64,000 nucleotides of DNA from an uncultured Alphaproteobacteria bacterium (GTDB lineage: Bacteria; Pseudomonadota; Alphaproteobacteria; Rhizobiales; Rhizobiaceae). This document shows positions 63,603 through 64,000 of the stretch, piece after piece. Location: contig CAWIWT010000043.1 in assembly GCA_963839725.1 (NCBI GenBank), positions 1,798-65,797 of the forward strand. Direction: 5' to 3'. The position numbers and the translations under genes are program-made. How positions within the stretch are numbered: the first letter of the stretch is position 1; every line of letters starts with the position of its first letter. The notes under the pieces were generated by a model. The model did not search any database. It saw nothing but the letters and a program-made list of their open reading frames with translations, and was not told where the DNA came from.

Positions 63603-64000
63603 TGAAGCGGCCGCTCGCGATTGAAAAAAGCAAGGCGGCGGCGCTCTTCATCGACCTGCAGGAGGAGCATCGCCAGGACCGGCGCTATATTGTGGCGGGC
63701 TTCGACACGATCCTCGCCAACGTGCGAAAGCTTCAGCACGCAGCGCGGACGAACGGCATTCCCGTCATCCATTCTGCTTACATCGTCGACTCCGCGGCGC
63801 AAAACCTGCGGCCATTTCATCCGGTCATGGCCGATGGCACATCGGCCTTCAGTGACAAGAGTAGCCCGTTTTCCGAACTCTGCCCGGAAGTAGGTCCAGT
63901 CGGGGACGAAACCGTTCTCGTCAAAACCGAGGCGAGCGCATTCGGCAACGATTTTCTCGCCCGCAGACTCAGCGCTAGCGGCGTCGAGTGGTTGTTCATC
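63602..64000 (+). CDS. Isochorismatase/cysteine-hydrolase family protein (runs off the window end)
   Basis: ALFIDLQ catalytic Asp, VLVKTEASAF catalytic Lys; overlaps the peptidase stop. Confidence 0.82.
   Translation, partial: MKRPLAIEKSKAAALFIDLQEEHRQDRRYIVAGFDTILANVRKLQHAARTNGIPVIHSAYIVDSAAQNLRPFHPVMADGTSAFSDKSSPFSELCPEVGPVGDETVLVKTEASAFGNDFLARRLSASGVEWLFI

Overview
GC-rich accessory region of an alphaproteobacterium (Rhizobiales-like, probably plasmid, chromid or island DNA). It mixes intact operons, nested mobile elements and many gene remnants. From left to right: (1) a phage/plasmid-type helicase gene coupled to a family A DNA polymerase gene, both broken by single-base frameshifts; (2) an adenylate cyclase-NTPase-TPR gene; (3) an oppA-like gene split by an IS21 element, whose istB is itself split in the Walker A codons by a large-serine-recombinase element; (4) arsR/SRPBCC, a short ftsZ paralogue reading through into a small membrane protein, small stress-type ORFs, and groES-groEL with a CIRCE; (5) remnants of a Rieske oxygenase, an IS110, a DNA ligase and a GGT; (6) a SAM-cyclase-ATPase-TPR gene; (7) a tyrosine integrase disrupted by IS630; (8) a complete hyfBCEFGI-like operon whose large subunit lacks the Ni-binding cysteine motifs (Ehr type); (9) a FAD oxidase with a GlxA-type regulator; (10) an intact IS1111-type IS110 element inside an IS1182 remnant; (11) a BMP-family ABC transporter; (12) a GlxA regulator, M24 peptidase and isochorismatase cluster. 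The best finding is the 3' non-coding region of the IS1111-type element. It folds into two internal loops whose guide-like segments match the actual insertion site (the conserved Y-R-W-F-C codons of the IS1182 transposase) and the element's own end junction, so it reads as a decodable bridge/seek RNA programmed against another IS family. No rRNA, tRNA or CRISPR array was seen. All family calls come from motif recognition by eye, not from database searches.
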